DNA of 64,000 bases from Haliotis cracherodii (Eukaryota): NCBI RefSeq assembly GCF_022045235.1, contig NW_027266308.1, forward strand, positions 54,064,001 through 54,128,000, in the 5' to 3' direction. A program made the translations under genes and the position numbers. The notes under the pieces are model-generated. The model did no database searches. It saw only the letters and a program-made list of their open reading frames with translations, and was not told the DNA's origin. This document shows, in pieces, positions 25,501 to 36,919 of this stretch (its first letter is position 1; each line of letters opens with the position of its first letter).

Positions 25501-26992
25501 ATCCTATCTCACACTATGCCTTTTTTCCTTCTTCTTTCGATCCTCATGTGGAAACATGCTTGAACAAAGTTTCAAGCTTCTAAAAACATTTCACCTGAAA
25601 AAAACATCCTAGCATCACCATGGTCACCACACAAACAAATGGGTCATCCCAAAAAAGATCCCAAAACAGAGATCTTAAGAGTGTCAACCTGTAGACGTGT
25701 AATGTCGAACCCTTGAATATTGATCCTTTGATGAACTATGCCCCGATTATTTCATAATGTTCCGTTCCCATCCTCTTCTTCAATTAGAGTCCACAGATGG
25801 TGATTAGAAGGAGAATGATGTGGCAGGGGTAATCAGGTGATAAATCATGAAAGGTCACATGCACGGGATATAGTGCGTAACCCATTTGTTTCCATATAAG
25901 GATCAAAAGAAGAAGTAAGAAGTGAGATAGGATAAGTTCAAAAACATATTTTTCTCAAATGATCGTCTCCTGCAAATCCCTAACATAGTTGGTAGTGGCA
26001 TGACATAAACCAGTGTTTAATATTGAACACTGTAACCAAACTATTCTTTTGCTCTCAATGTAGATAAAAACATCAGCTTAAAAGTTGCCATCCTTTTGAG
26101 ACTTACTGTTAAAGAAATTGACAGTTGCTGGACTTAAAGCACACGTCCTGTTGCTGTATTTCTCCTGAAGAATAAACTTTCCTTTGTCTGGGGCTGCTTC
26201 CAGGAGGATTACTTTCTTGTCAGAGAACAATGGGTTGGTGGCTACAACAAATACAACTTTAGTCTTGTCAAGATTCTCAATGGCAAACCACTCTCAAACC
26301 TACCAGTAATCTACTTCTTATCAAACTCATTTCATGCACTTTGTATATAGTAAATGAATAGAGCTTCAGATTTATGTGAATATTTTTGGGTCCGGTGAGT
26401 GAATCTGTAAGTTCAATCTATTGCTTGTTTTCTAAACCAAAATAAAATGAAAACATTAGGTGCTGTTTTCATCCTCGCAATAGTGGCCATTTTGGCTGGG
26501 TAGATGTTCGGTTTTCGCCATTTGGTGAAGTTTTTGCTTGGTGATATTTTGCTGAGGTGCTGCTTTAGCTATAACCCCAAAAGTAGTATTGAAAATGCCC
26601 TTAAATTGCCTCTGAAAAAGTAGTCTGTTCATGAGCAACCCATCCCAACACAACTACCCTAACGATCGAAGGGGCATGCGAAATCAGGGTCACAGCCGGA
26701 TCCATTAACGCTATAGAGTTGTTCTCTGCAATATAACTAACTTGGAACTCTATAAACTAGAATTACAACTTCAGTCAATTGCAAGGTGAACTTCACTCAA
26801 CACACCCAATGCGCAAGCCATTGCTGCTCCAACCATACCACCTCCGGATATGACAATATCTGACGTTTCTTCATTGTTATCTAAGAGACGTGTACTGGTG
26901 CTGAATGTTCTCCGAATCCGTGTAATAGCACTGTAGGAGCGAGACCTTGGAAGTATCCTTATCAATGTTGAGGACAATGCTGAGGTAACCAT
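16553..26992 (-). CDS. COQ6: Ubiquinone biosynthesis monooxygenase COQ6, mitochondrial (12 coding exons, ~478 aa)
   Basis: Exons 26992-26806, 26241-26107, 25215-25157, 24578-24318, 23033-22926, 22766-22704, 21891-21784, 20367-20289 (GC donor), 19709-19586, 17957-17842, 17090-16924 and 16582-16553 join in phase (1437 nt). The product has an Arg/Ser-rich transit peptide, FAD-binding [33 protein letters not shown] and [26 protein letters not shown]. Confidence 0.96.
17341..17455. mobile_element. Short MITE-like element; related copies at ~30181-30281 and ~30795-30900
   Basis: Inverted ends cagggtccgattccac / gtgaaacggaaccctg. The 30181 copy has arms ccacaaagcgatc / gatcgctttgtgg. Confidence 0.5.
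17603..17705. repeat. Imperfect ~100-bp palindrome (hairpin), probably from a non-autonomous DNA element
   Basis: gtaataccaatgttatgaaactcgtgaatagttctggtatctgac pairs with gtcagataccagaacgattcactcgtttcataaaattggtattac around a 13-nt loop. Confidence 0.8.
17951..18734. repeat. 42-bp minisatellite (~18.5 copies) in COQ6 intron 9, overlapping the exon-10 acceptor
   Basis: Unit AGCACCACTACCGAAACAATGATTAGTGATCTCCATTCTGTA; 14-aa periodicity in the overlapping ORFs. Confidence 0.97.
19963..20240 (-). mobile_element. tRNA(Leu/Ser-like)-headed SINE, family C; second degraded copy at ~48132-48370
   Basis: The minus strand starts GGGGGCATGGGTGGCCCCGTCGTCTAAGG (A-box-like) and contains GGGTTCGAAC (B-box). 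Tail AAAAGCGGCGTTAAACCC. Near-perfect TSD cacata(a/g)cttga at 19951-19962 and 20241-20252. Confidence 0.75.
20982..21657. mobile_element. hAT-type MITE with a nested SINE
   Basis: 18-bp TIR TAGGGGTGAAACGATACA / TGTATCGTTTCACCCCTA, Ac-like terminus. 8-bp TSD ctcaacac / cttaacac. Confidence 0.85.
21084..21350 (-). mobile_element. Non-autonomous retroposon family A (no tRNA head), full-length copy
   Basis: 13-bp TSD tcaaatcatgtgg at 21071-21083 and 21351-21363; (AAAC)n-like tail. Other copies: ~13975-14030(+), 19130-19275(-), 20645-20870(-), 24675-24943(-), 29378-29570(+), 37598-37777(+), 50072-50716(+, interrupted), 51470-51741(-), 53840-54088(-), 54760-54945(-), 59712-59890(+), 63598-63850(+). 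Confidence 0.9.
23456..23944. mobile_element. MITE with ~60-90 bp TIRs; truncated copy at ~32668-32953
   Basis: caatctcattaaaatcagatctttgttctcgcttccgctaaacaaagatctg is mirrored by cagatctttgtttagcggtagcgagaactaaggtccgattttaatgagattg. Both flanks contain caatag, a possible degenerate 9-bp TSD. Confidence 0.85.
24675..24943 (-). mobile_element. Family A retroposon, full-length
   Basis: High similarity to 21084-21350; TSD aataaaaagt at 24665-24674 and 24946-24955. Confidence 0.88.
25500..25937. mobile_element. Inverted-repeat element family ending in ACTTATCCTATCTCAC; related copies at 49530-49810 and ~51430-51926
   Basis: Termini atcctatctcac / gtgagataggataagt and shared internal sequence (caaacaaatgggtca, aatgatgtggca) in three places. 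Confidence 0.7.
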
Positions 26993-27226
26993 ACTGACTT
27001 TGATATTTGGAGTAACCTCCCCTTGTTGACATCAGTTTCGCACTTACGTCTTGTTATATTTATATGAAATTAAATATTTTTATAGTATTATTTTCAGTTT
27101 AGACTAGTAATGATTAGATTAAAATATTAAAATGTGAATAATATTAGCAATTAAAAAGATGCAAATTTGCTGCGGGTCAACATAGCTCGTTTGCATAGTT
27201 CAGTTTAACATGGCAACAATGGCAAC
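26993..27226. promoter_or_regulatory. Bidirectional promoter between COQ6 and FAM161, with an imperfect RFX X-box-like motif
   Basis: The start codons diverge and are only 217 bp apart. GTTTAACATGGCAAC lies at 27203-27217, followed by a second ATGGCAAC half-site. Confidence 0.65.
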
Positions 27227-30200
27227 AAGCCATGGGCTGTCGGTCTTAACCAATTCTTGCATCAAACCACCTGTTAATCCTGATTCAGGACTCTCGTCAA
27301 CTTATGATAATCGACCAGAGGCCTATTACAGGTATCATGAAAATGTTGACAATGCCGAAATTAACGAGTATGAGCTTCAAAATCGAAACGGCGGCAATGT
27401 CGGACACATACTCGCCAACGTCCCATTGGATGATGTTGCTTCGCACTTGCAATTACTGTCTGACGACGAATTTTATGACAGACTCTTGACACTAAAGGAA
27501 GAACAGAAGAAAACCCTTCAGAGATGTGAGGAAATGTACCGACAGAAATTGTCGAGGGAACAAGGTTTGACAACACAAGATGCAGTTGATGACATCTTCC
27601 ACCGGAATGAAGTCCGGCAGACCGTGAATGGACATGTCTCAGATTCAGAAGATTCTCAGGCCTTCGCTGGATTTTCTCATTCACACCACATAGATCAAGT
27701 AAGAGATATGACTAAGAAACCTCCCATATCCCCATTGGTTAAACACGCATTACGACAGGGAGCAGTCATGTCTCAAACCCTCCCTGTAAGATCCCGAGTT
27801 TTTAAAGAACGGCCAAGTTCAGCTCCTGCAGCAGGGAGACATTACTCAAGAAGTTTGGATGGAGATGACTGGCAAGAAGATCAACAGCAATCAGCATATG
27901 AAAGTGGCAATGAGGAACTTCTGGAGAAATCACAGAATAAATCATCTGAAGAATTGTCAGCTGCTCTCAGTAGGATTGACGACATGTGGGACAATTTTTC
28001 CATTGAGGATTATGTGACAAGGGAGAGAAGACATTCCTCTGCATCTCTTGTGAAACAAAAGAAAAGTAACAGGCCTGAAGATAACTGGAGACATAGGCTT
28101 ACCATACCACAGCCTTTTAAAATGACATTAAGAGATGAAATAAAAGAAAAAAAGAAAACTTCAGCACAAATTGAGGTAGAACTGAAGCGATTAGAAAGAG
28201 AGAAACAGGATGAGGCAGAATGTCAGAAAAAGTTCAAAGCATCTCCTGCTCCGGCCCACATCTACCTTCCGCTGTATGATGAGATACAGGAGAAGAACGA
28301 AGCACGACGCAGATATGTGAGAGAATATTGCACAGAAATGCTGAAATCTCAAGAGAAACCATTTAACTTCATGACTCGAGAGGAAGAAAAAAAGAAGTGC
28401 AAACCCACTCCAGCACCTGTAGTCAAACCAGTAAAGGAGAAGCCTGTTTTCAAGGCCAAACCAGTCCCAGAGTATCTCTATGATAACACTGTGAATGAAA
28501 AGTTAATGGAAGAGGAAGAATACAGGAGAATTCGCATCCAGATGAGGTCAGAGGAATTGCTGCGGGAATCGGCTCTACCTCCAAACATGGCAGCTAGACA
28601 AATGATGAAGGAGGAAAAGCTGAAAGCAAAGGCCTTGAAATCTAAGAGGCGACATTTTAAACCTAAAATCAACCGCTACGTACCCGATTATGATGCTCTA
28701 TTTAACCAGTTCCAGAGGGAGCTAGCCAGACGGAAACGACAGAGAGATGCAACTGTTATGAAACCATTTGATTTGGAAACTGAGCGAATCCCATCCAGAA
28801 AAGAGAGGATTCTCAGGGAAATCGAGAGGGATGAAGAGTTGCGGAGAGAGAACAGGTGGCCATATAGATCTGGACGCATGACTCCAAGATCTGCAGGTAT
28901 TGTATTTGATGACCAATCAATGATAATGTGGGTTGCAGAACAAGAGTGTATGAATTTGATAATTTAATTCAGGTTTGGAATACCATGGCCCATCTAAAAA
29001 TGTGAAGAATGGTGAATTTAGTACAGCTGATGGGATACTTCTCAACCTGTGTTACAGTCTATCATTGTTTTGTACCCAGGGTATGTTTCAGTATACATGT
29101 ATCTACATGTCCTCGCTTCTTTTCCTGACTCTCGAAGTGTACCTTGAATTGAAATTTCCTTTTGTTCCCTGGTTTCCCTGCTGTTGGATGTACTGCTGTC
29201 AAATGGCTGGAAATTAGAATATTGCTGAGTGAGGCAACAAACAATAATCCTGCCTGCTGTAACAACATATTGCTTTGATTTGCCATAGCGTAATTGCTGA
29301 TACCTGGGTACAATTTGTTTGAGCTGGATACATGAAACCGCAAACAACCATAACCATTCATGTGTACATATACATCAGACCCGTGAAGATCCGGGGTAGA
29401 ATAGGTCTTCAGCAACCCATGCTTGCTGTAAATCGATGGCAATAGTCAATGGTGTAGATAGATGCTCATGCTATCAATCACTGGATTGTTTGGTCCAGAC
29501 TTGATTATTTATAGACTGCCATCATATAGCTGGAATATTGCTGAGTGCAGGGTTAAACAACAAACAAACATGTAAATGGCGTGGATATAATGAAATGTTG
29601 ACTGGGTACAATACAATAGTACCCCTCAGTGATCGTTAACTTATATGTATGCTTTCTCTTGATCTTTTGGAACCATTCCGCAATTTATTGTCATATATCA
29701 GACGAGATTCTGGTTAAATGCTGTCTGGTGATGGCTTACCACAATACTAAGGTTATCAGTTTTCTCCACTGCCTTCATTCATAAATTTTTTATTATAGGG
29801 CATTATCAATAACTTAAAATAAGGCCATGTTTGTGCAAGTTGAAAAATTGTTATTGTGAAAGAAACAGGATCATTATGATAAGGGCTGAACTTTCATTTC
29901 AAGATATTTAGCTGCTGCTGCTGTAGTGCATGCTGTACAGTCGTAACCATGGTAACAGTACATCAAACATTCATCTTTAATGTGATACATTTTGCTGATA
30001 ACTGCAAAATCTGATTTAATTTCCTCAGGGATTCTGTCTACGTCTTTGGATTCCATTCCTGCAAAGACGACCCACAGCAGTCAGCTAAGAGAAAGTGTTA
30101 CTAGGTAAGTACATTTGATAAAGAGCTGAAATATTGCTAATACAGTGTGACATTCTAACTCACGTGTCTACATTCTAATAGGGCCCCGTTCCACAAAGCG

Positions 30201-33200
30201 ATCTTAGTGTTAAGAATATTGTAACTCCCATTCTTCAACATAGTTACACACTAAGTTGATCGCTTTGTGGCACAGACCCTGGTCTTTAACACTATCCCCA
30301 TGATTGTTGTTATGAATGTTAGTAGACTCTGCTGTTTGGTTAGAATAAATTTATTTTGCACATTCCCTTGAATTGCCTGGTTTCTTTACATGATCCGCCA
30401 ACTTGGCAATGATCTATTTGAGGCATGACAATGATTGAGATAGCTATTTGGCTTTGCCAGTTTGAGATTATGCTTATCTCATGCTTGTTTACAGAGATCA
30501 TCGACAGAAGCTGACACAGCAAGAACAAGAAGAGTTGGAAGAAGAGAGAAGAAGAAGAATACGAGGGATGAGAATTAGGAAGACAATCTCAGAAAGATCT
30601 TCTGTAGATAGTGCAAGAGGCCGACGTGAAACAGTCAGTGATAGGCTGAAGAGAATCAGGTACGATAGGATAAGGCACAGTGATTTCAAAATGGTTCAGT
30701 TTTCAAGTTAAAGAATTCAGGTCAAGAGTCCTTGTCATTACCCTGATGTTAAAGATGTTGCTGGTTCTTTCATAACAATAATAACAAACCTCAAGAGCCT
30801 CTTTGCGCAGCAATATTAGCTCTAGGACTGCCGTGAGTCAGTGTTAAAGTATGGGAGGTAAAATGTCTACGTGCTAATATCTCTCTGTGCAATGGGACCA
30901 TGGACCATAATTTCTAACATAGGTTCTTCTATGCTCAAAGTACGACAAGTAAATCTGGAAGTTTTGAGCAGGGTATATTTAGGTTATTTGTATTCTTATG
31001 TGTAACATACAAAACGAGATAACGTGGTAGGACAAGAGATGGGACAAGTGTATTGAACTGCAATGGGACTGTGTTAAAACATAATTAAAACTCACAATAA
31101 TTTAGTTATGTGTATGCTACTACTTGACTAGGCTCAGAACTTGTAATAAACTGTCATAATAGAACTCTTGATCCATGTTCAAGCTTGCAAACTGACAGTG
31201 GTATTTTCCCTTAAAATTTGTTACGGTTGAAAAAATGTGAGCAAGTATATGTCCAACATTGCCGCCATTTTCGATTTTGAAGCTCATACTCGATAATTTT
31301 GGCATTGTCATCTTATCAGACCAAAAGATATTTCACTAGCCACAGGCTTCGGACTTGGTTTATGTCCCAGACTGAGAGAGTACCTGCTTGACTGATTTAA
31401 TGATAAGATAGATGTTTGTTTTGTGTGTCAAGAGTTTAGTGTGATTTATAATGATTTACTGAGCAAGGAATTGTACATGTTGTATACCGACTGATTTAAT
31501 GATAAGATAGATGTTTGTTTTGTGTGTCAAGAGTTTAGTGTGATTTATAATGATTTACTGAGCAAGGAATTGTACATGTTGTATAGGTAGACAGTTTGGT
31601 CCAATTCATTTGACTTGTGTGTACCTTTGTTACGGGTAATAGAAGAATTATCCATAACCTCAGAACAATGGTATTTCAGAGAGGAGGAGAGATCTCGTCA
31701 AGAGGAATATGATCGAGAGCTGCAGAAAATTCAGGAGAAAGTACAGCAAAGACCATTGTTGTTTGAACGTCAGTCACAGGTGTGTATATTTAAAGATTAA
31801 ACTCCAGGAAATCCAAAAATAAACTAGGTCCTTCCTTGCCTTACTGTCTGTAAGAGGGGCTAAAACTTTGATTTGATTTAATGATTGCTTAATAAGGACC
31901 ATCATGCTTTTGGTTTGATTTTGTGCTGATTCAGAGAATGTGTACCATATATTTCGGCCCTGTACTACTGTTTTTGTTAGCCTTGAAATGTAGTTAAGTT
32001 TTCCTTGTTGTTTGCTTATTTTTGTCACTAAATACAAAACACTTCTCATCCATTCCATGAAAATGAGAGAATAAATAGTTTTTTATGGCTATGCTTAGTT
32101 AATGGCACTCTTATTGATACTCTCACAGGGAAAGGAATTAACCTAGAAAGTCTACTTGGCCGAATAGTGATAACATATAGGAACATCCCTGAAAAGTTTG
32201 AAATCATCCCAGCCCTAAGGTTACCTTTAACATTAGCAAAGCTGTTTCAGACGAGAGGGCTAGTGATCATTTCTATCACTGCTCTCATGAAGTTTATACA
32301 GATATTTTCACACTCACATTCGAATAACGGAATATGAGTTTTCTGTAAGGTTTGTGCAATGATATTACTTTATTAGATTTGTGTGTATTAATCCAATGAC
32401 ACGCCAGTCTCGCACTCCGACTCCGACTCCGACACACCTAATTTGCAACGAATTACCGAAATCACTCATTAAACAGTCTGTTAATCCGACACAGTGATCA
32501 ACGTACTCAGTGGTCATGTGCCCGCAAGTACACAGCCCGTGTTTAGATGCGAGACGAATCGGTTGGTAGCTGCATAATACAACGGCTGCAGAGATAAACT
32601 TGCTTAACAATAAACAATTAATGCTTTAAATAAAGAAAACAGGATAATTCACATGCTTAGATTACCTCAATCTTATTAAAATCAGATACAAGTTCTCGCT
32701 ATCGACGAGGACATCCTATTACAGGTCACTTCAGAACATCCTTTCGTGAACTATGACCTACCAATGAAATGACCAACAGAGAGTCGACGTTAGCCACTTA
32801 GAAAGCAGCTTTATTAAGCTTTGGGTTCCAGTTTCAAAGTTGTGACTTCCATTCCAGAGTATGCTTTTTAAAGAATTTTGAATCGGTCATACAGTCCGTA
32901 ACAGTTGTTTTGTGTTTAACTTTAGAGGTTGCATGATTAGAAAACACATTCCGCCAACAATGTAACATAACAATATGAATATATTTTATATTTTTTATTA
33001 CGTGTTTGAATCCTTATCGATTGTGTAGTTGCCAATTTTTTATCACGAACGTTGATACTACTAAATTTCGTTTATCCGACGTACTTGTTAATCCGATATG
33101 ATTATATGCAACCATCGATGTCGGATTAACAGGACTTGACTATATGTGTTTGCGTTTATGGAGGTATGAACATAACACTGGTGTGAGCACTGTGTAAGTC

Positions 33201-34009
33201 AGAATAGTTGGTATTCCATGTATGACTTCATAAAAGAAAAACCATATTGAAGTCAGTTCTTATAAAATATGTCAATAATTTATAGACTGCTTATTTAATC
33301 ATTAAGACCCAAAAAATAACAGTTTAGAGAACAATTTGAATTGAGAGACATCATCCAGCGCAATAATCCAACACAAGCCCCACCAACTCTATAATCAGCC
33401 AGTCTGGAAACATTAGTGGGCATGGCATTTGTTTTCAGGTTTATAGAAACAAGCACAAAATAAATTGCTTGCTTAGAAAATCAAATCACTTTTAGTTTTT
33501 TCATATATGTGTATATCAGAGGTTGTCGTAAAATTGTATGTACAATAGGCCACTAACCACTTTTTCATAAATTAAATCGATGATAAATATGTTTCGGTCT
33601 GAATTCTTTTATTCATTTTCATGATGGCATATTTTGCCTAGCAATGCAATTTTGTTTTGATTTCATGACATGTATCACATTGTGTATCATCATTTTTCAA
33701 CAGTACTAACTAGATATGTATCATATAACGACAAAGTGTATCCATACATCCTAATCTCTCACTTGTCAACTCTTGCATGCATACTAAATTGTAGGTGTGT
33801 TGCAGGTAAACGCTAGAAAAGCAGCAGAGAAGAAATTCTCCAACACTTTAAGAAGTGTTGGGCTGGACGAAGACTTCCTTCACAGTCGCAGTTCGGCGAC
33901 TCACAGTCGCAGTTCAGTGACTCACAGTCAAGTCGTGGATGGGGACAACTACGATGATGATAGTTTTGATGACACTGCCCTCAAGTCTACAGAGATGGAT
34001 GATGAGTGA
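27210..34009 (+). CDS. FAM161A: FAM161 family (FAM161A/B-like, UPF0564) ciliary/centriolar microtubule-binding protein, 5 exons, ~743 aa
   Basis: Exons 27210-28896, 30029-30104, 30495-30659, 31680-31779 and 33806-34009 join in phase with GT-AG introns (2232 nt). Family motifs LTIPQPFKMTLRD, KKFKASPAPAHIYLPLY, EKPFNFMTRE, FKAKPVP, FKPKINRYVPDY and RPLLFER. Probably the single pro-orthologue of vertebrate A and B. Confidence 0.92.
31241..31310 (-). repeat. Inverted 70-bp copy of FAM161 exon-1 coding sequence (27347-27415) in intron 3
   Basis: The reverse complement matches 27347-27415 with 6 substitutions and 1 indel. Confidence 0.92.
31390..31585. repeat. Direct tandem duplication, 99-bp period, 2 near-identical copies
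   Basis: gactgatttaatgataag...gtacatgttgtata starts at 31390 and again at 31489. Confidence 0.95.
32474..33142. mobile_element. pogo/Tigger-like MITE containing a fragment of the 23456 family
   Basis: Inverted ends cagtctgttaatccgaca / tgtcggattaacaggacttgacta. Confidence 0.55.
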
Positions 34010-36819
34010 CATGTTTACTGTTATAACTATTGTATAAATCTAAAGCAAAGTCAAAGGAAAAATAAATTAGAAATAACAGTGATGAATATGTTTGCTATAC
34101 CTGCCTATAGGTATGCCAGCCTGAAAGAATCTAAATTAACACATTCCAACTACTTTGCTGCATATTCTTTGGTTAGTTTTTTGTTTAGTTCAATATTCAC
34201 AGCATATTCTGCAGAAAATGGCTAAAGTAATTTTATTCAAAGAAAACTATTTATTTTTGTATTTATTACCCCTATTGATGTCATTATGTGTGTTTTACAA
34301 TCCGTCCATATTGTTGTAAGTCAACAATGTCTAGTTAACACGGTCACTGTAAATAGCTACTATGTCTCATAAAATATATGTTATATGTTGGAAATTAGTT
34401 TTCCTGTATATGCACTAAAATAAAACAGTGCCTTTTATAATAGTTTTATAACACTTCCTGGTCCATCTTTCTCATCAGACAATTGTTATCTTGAAAAAAA
34501 CTTGCCATATTGCCTGTGGAATTCTGTTCTTCCTGTTGAAAAACGTATGTGGCCATGTGTTAATAGGTGCCATTGTAACAGACTACTTGAGATATTGATA
34601 AGGCCTTGTGTGGTAACTAATTGTTTTGTGTGGTCAGTATCTGCGGATGACAAGATCTACCTACCTCACTGTGTACACACTGTTTGCTCCTCAGCCATAT
34701 AGATGTAGATTAGAAATGTTGACATGCAAAACTAACATTCCTCGTCTTATCAATGTGAGAAGTGTAAAAAGTTATTCACCGTTTTATCCCTACTCAGCAC
34801 AAAGCTATAGGTTTAGAGAACATGTATGTAATGTACAAATCCTGTATTTTGAATATTTGGTTGTTTATGGATTTTAAAATTGTGTGGTTTAGGTAACTTG
34901 AGGTATGGAGCAGTTCAGTGTAACACATATTTCATGTTAGTTATGACATGATTAACTGCATGTTAATAAATAAGATGTGATTTTGTTTGTTTGAAAAGTT
35001 ATGAATTTTTACTTGTGTATGTCTTTGTCAAGTGCTTTTATTCCTGTTGTGCACTCATGTATCTGTGATATCTACTCTTATACATGTCTGTACAGAGCAG
35101 AAGATGACCAATCTGGATGTCCAGTATGTATCTACTTGTATTTTAGAGGAAATAGAGGTAGCGATTCTATTCCAAATAAAATAAAGCTACTTTTGTAGAA
35201 TGTTGTTGAATTGTTACTTTTTTTTACCAACAGCAATATGCATAAATCTTGTTTTAAAAGTTCTCTATTATACATAGAGCAGTACTATGTCACTATAATA
35301 CTCACACCATGAGTTTGGGCATGGTTTTATGATGCTTTAAACAGCCATAGGGCTGTATGAGAAAAAAGGATCCTGTGTTGGAACATCCTAGTTCCTTCAC
35401 CCTGACATGAGTGCAACCTATCACATATTTACAAGATTTTCTGTCAGTTTGTCATTTTACTCTGGTGTTGCTATGTAATCAAATCCCTTGTGGAAATTAT
35501 ACTCACGTGAGTCCCAAAGAGGGACAGATCAGCGGAAATTGCTTAGGCAGAAGGCGACCTCTTAAACACTTAATGCAACAACAGCGGAAATTCAAGACGA
35601 GAACTGTCATCCATTACTTGCTGGTTGTTGCATGAAGCCATATATTGGATGTATCCCCATTAATGCACTGACAGTCTATGGAGAATAACTCTCAGCTTTA
35701 GCTGATCAGACCTGTCAACCCCTCATCATGACAATGTGGGAGATTTGACTTCAAAATGGGGTAGATTTGCCTCCAAAGGGGGAGATTTTTAAGATAGTGA
35801 AAATAAGATAATTTCCAACTTTTATTTTTAATAATGTTACAAAGAAAACCAAATATTTTGAAACAATAAATAATCAATAAGTTTCTTATACTTACAGCTT
35901 GCTTAATTTCCATTTGCATTTTCCTCCTCCAAAAATGAACCCAGCACAATCTACCCATATAACTTTCCTTCAAAGATCATCTCAGATAAACGCAAACAGA
36001 TATTGAAATTTCACAATCGGTAGCTTGACCAGTTGACGACGTGTTCAATCTGACCAGTTGTCAGGCTTCGTTACGATGCAGGTTTTCTGAGTATTTGGCG
36101 CGATGTTGGTTACAAAATTCGCCAAAGAAATATCAAATGCATTTATCCTGACATAACATCATCGCCCTTAATTTCAATAAGATATACTGGTTTTTTTCTG
36201 TCTGCGGTAGTCTGTTGACAGTCCCATTACTTCGCTTCTTAAATTTCCTAGAAATGTTCACGTTATTCCATTCCAAGAAATGTATGCCATATTTGGAAGT
36301 ACTTTTAAGTTTTACTACAATTTATGAATGAAATGAGTCTCGTCGTTGTTGACCTTTCTGACCTTGACGGGTATTAATCTCATTGGTTGACTAGTACTGT
36401 TGTATGCAAATTAGATTGCAGATCTGAGACGCAAGCAAACTATTAGCCAATCAAATCGTGTAAAATAATCACATGATACATTCTCGCGAAATTTGATAAT
36501 GTTCTGTTTTGATATTTTCTGTGCACACAAGTCACGATGTCAGTCAAAAGGAAATTTATAAGTTTCACTATAAACTTTGACTTTGAAACCCTAGCTCTGA
36601 GGAAGCCTGATCGTGTAACTCATTGATATTTCGACTAGATCTACCTAATCAATCAATCACGCATAGTGTTGTTTCTGAAGACGGTGCTTGCAGGACATAT
36701 TTTGTTTTCATTTCCAAGAGTTCAATGACATATCTTTGAGGTATGTCGATGTTTTAACAAAGTTTCTGACAAATCTGATAACCAATAAAGTCATGTATAA
36801 ATGGACCGACCATATGTAT

Positions 36820-36919
36820 CACAGGGCCACGGATAGCCATACTATCACTGACTGTACTGATTACATTAAAAAATGCAATCAGTACAGTCAGTAATAGTAT
36901 GGCTATCCGTGGCCCTGTG
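36820..36919. mobile_element. 100-bp fully palindromic MITE with 8-bp TSD
   Basis: CACAGGGCCACGGATAGCCATACTAT... is mirrored by ...ATAGTATGGCTATCCGTGGCCCTGTG. Exact TSD ATATGTAT at 36812-36819 and 36920-36927. Confidence 0.92.

Noticed and set aside
28897-28967. End of the 585-aa single-exon ORF as the FAM161 C-terminus
   Set aside because: Read-through into intron 1. The donor at 28896/28897 and four downstream in-phase exons continue the family sequence.
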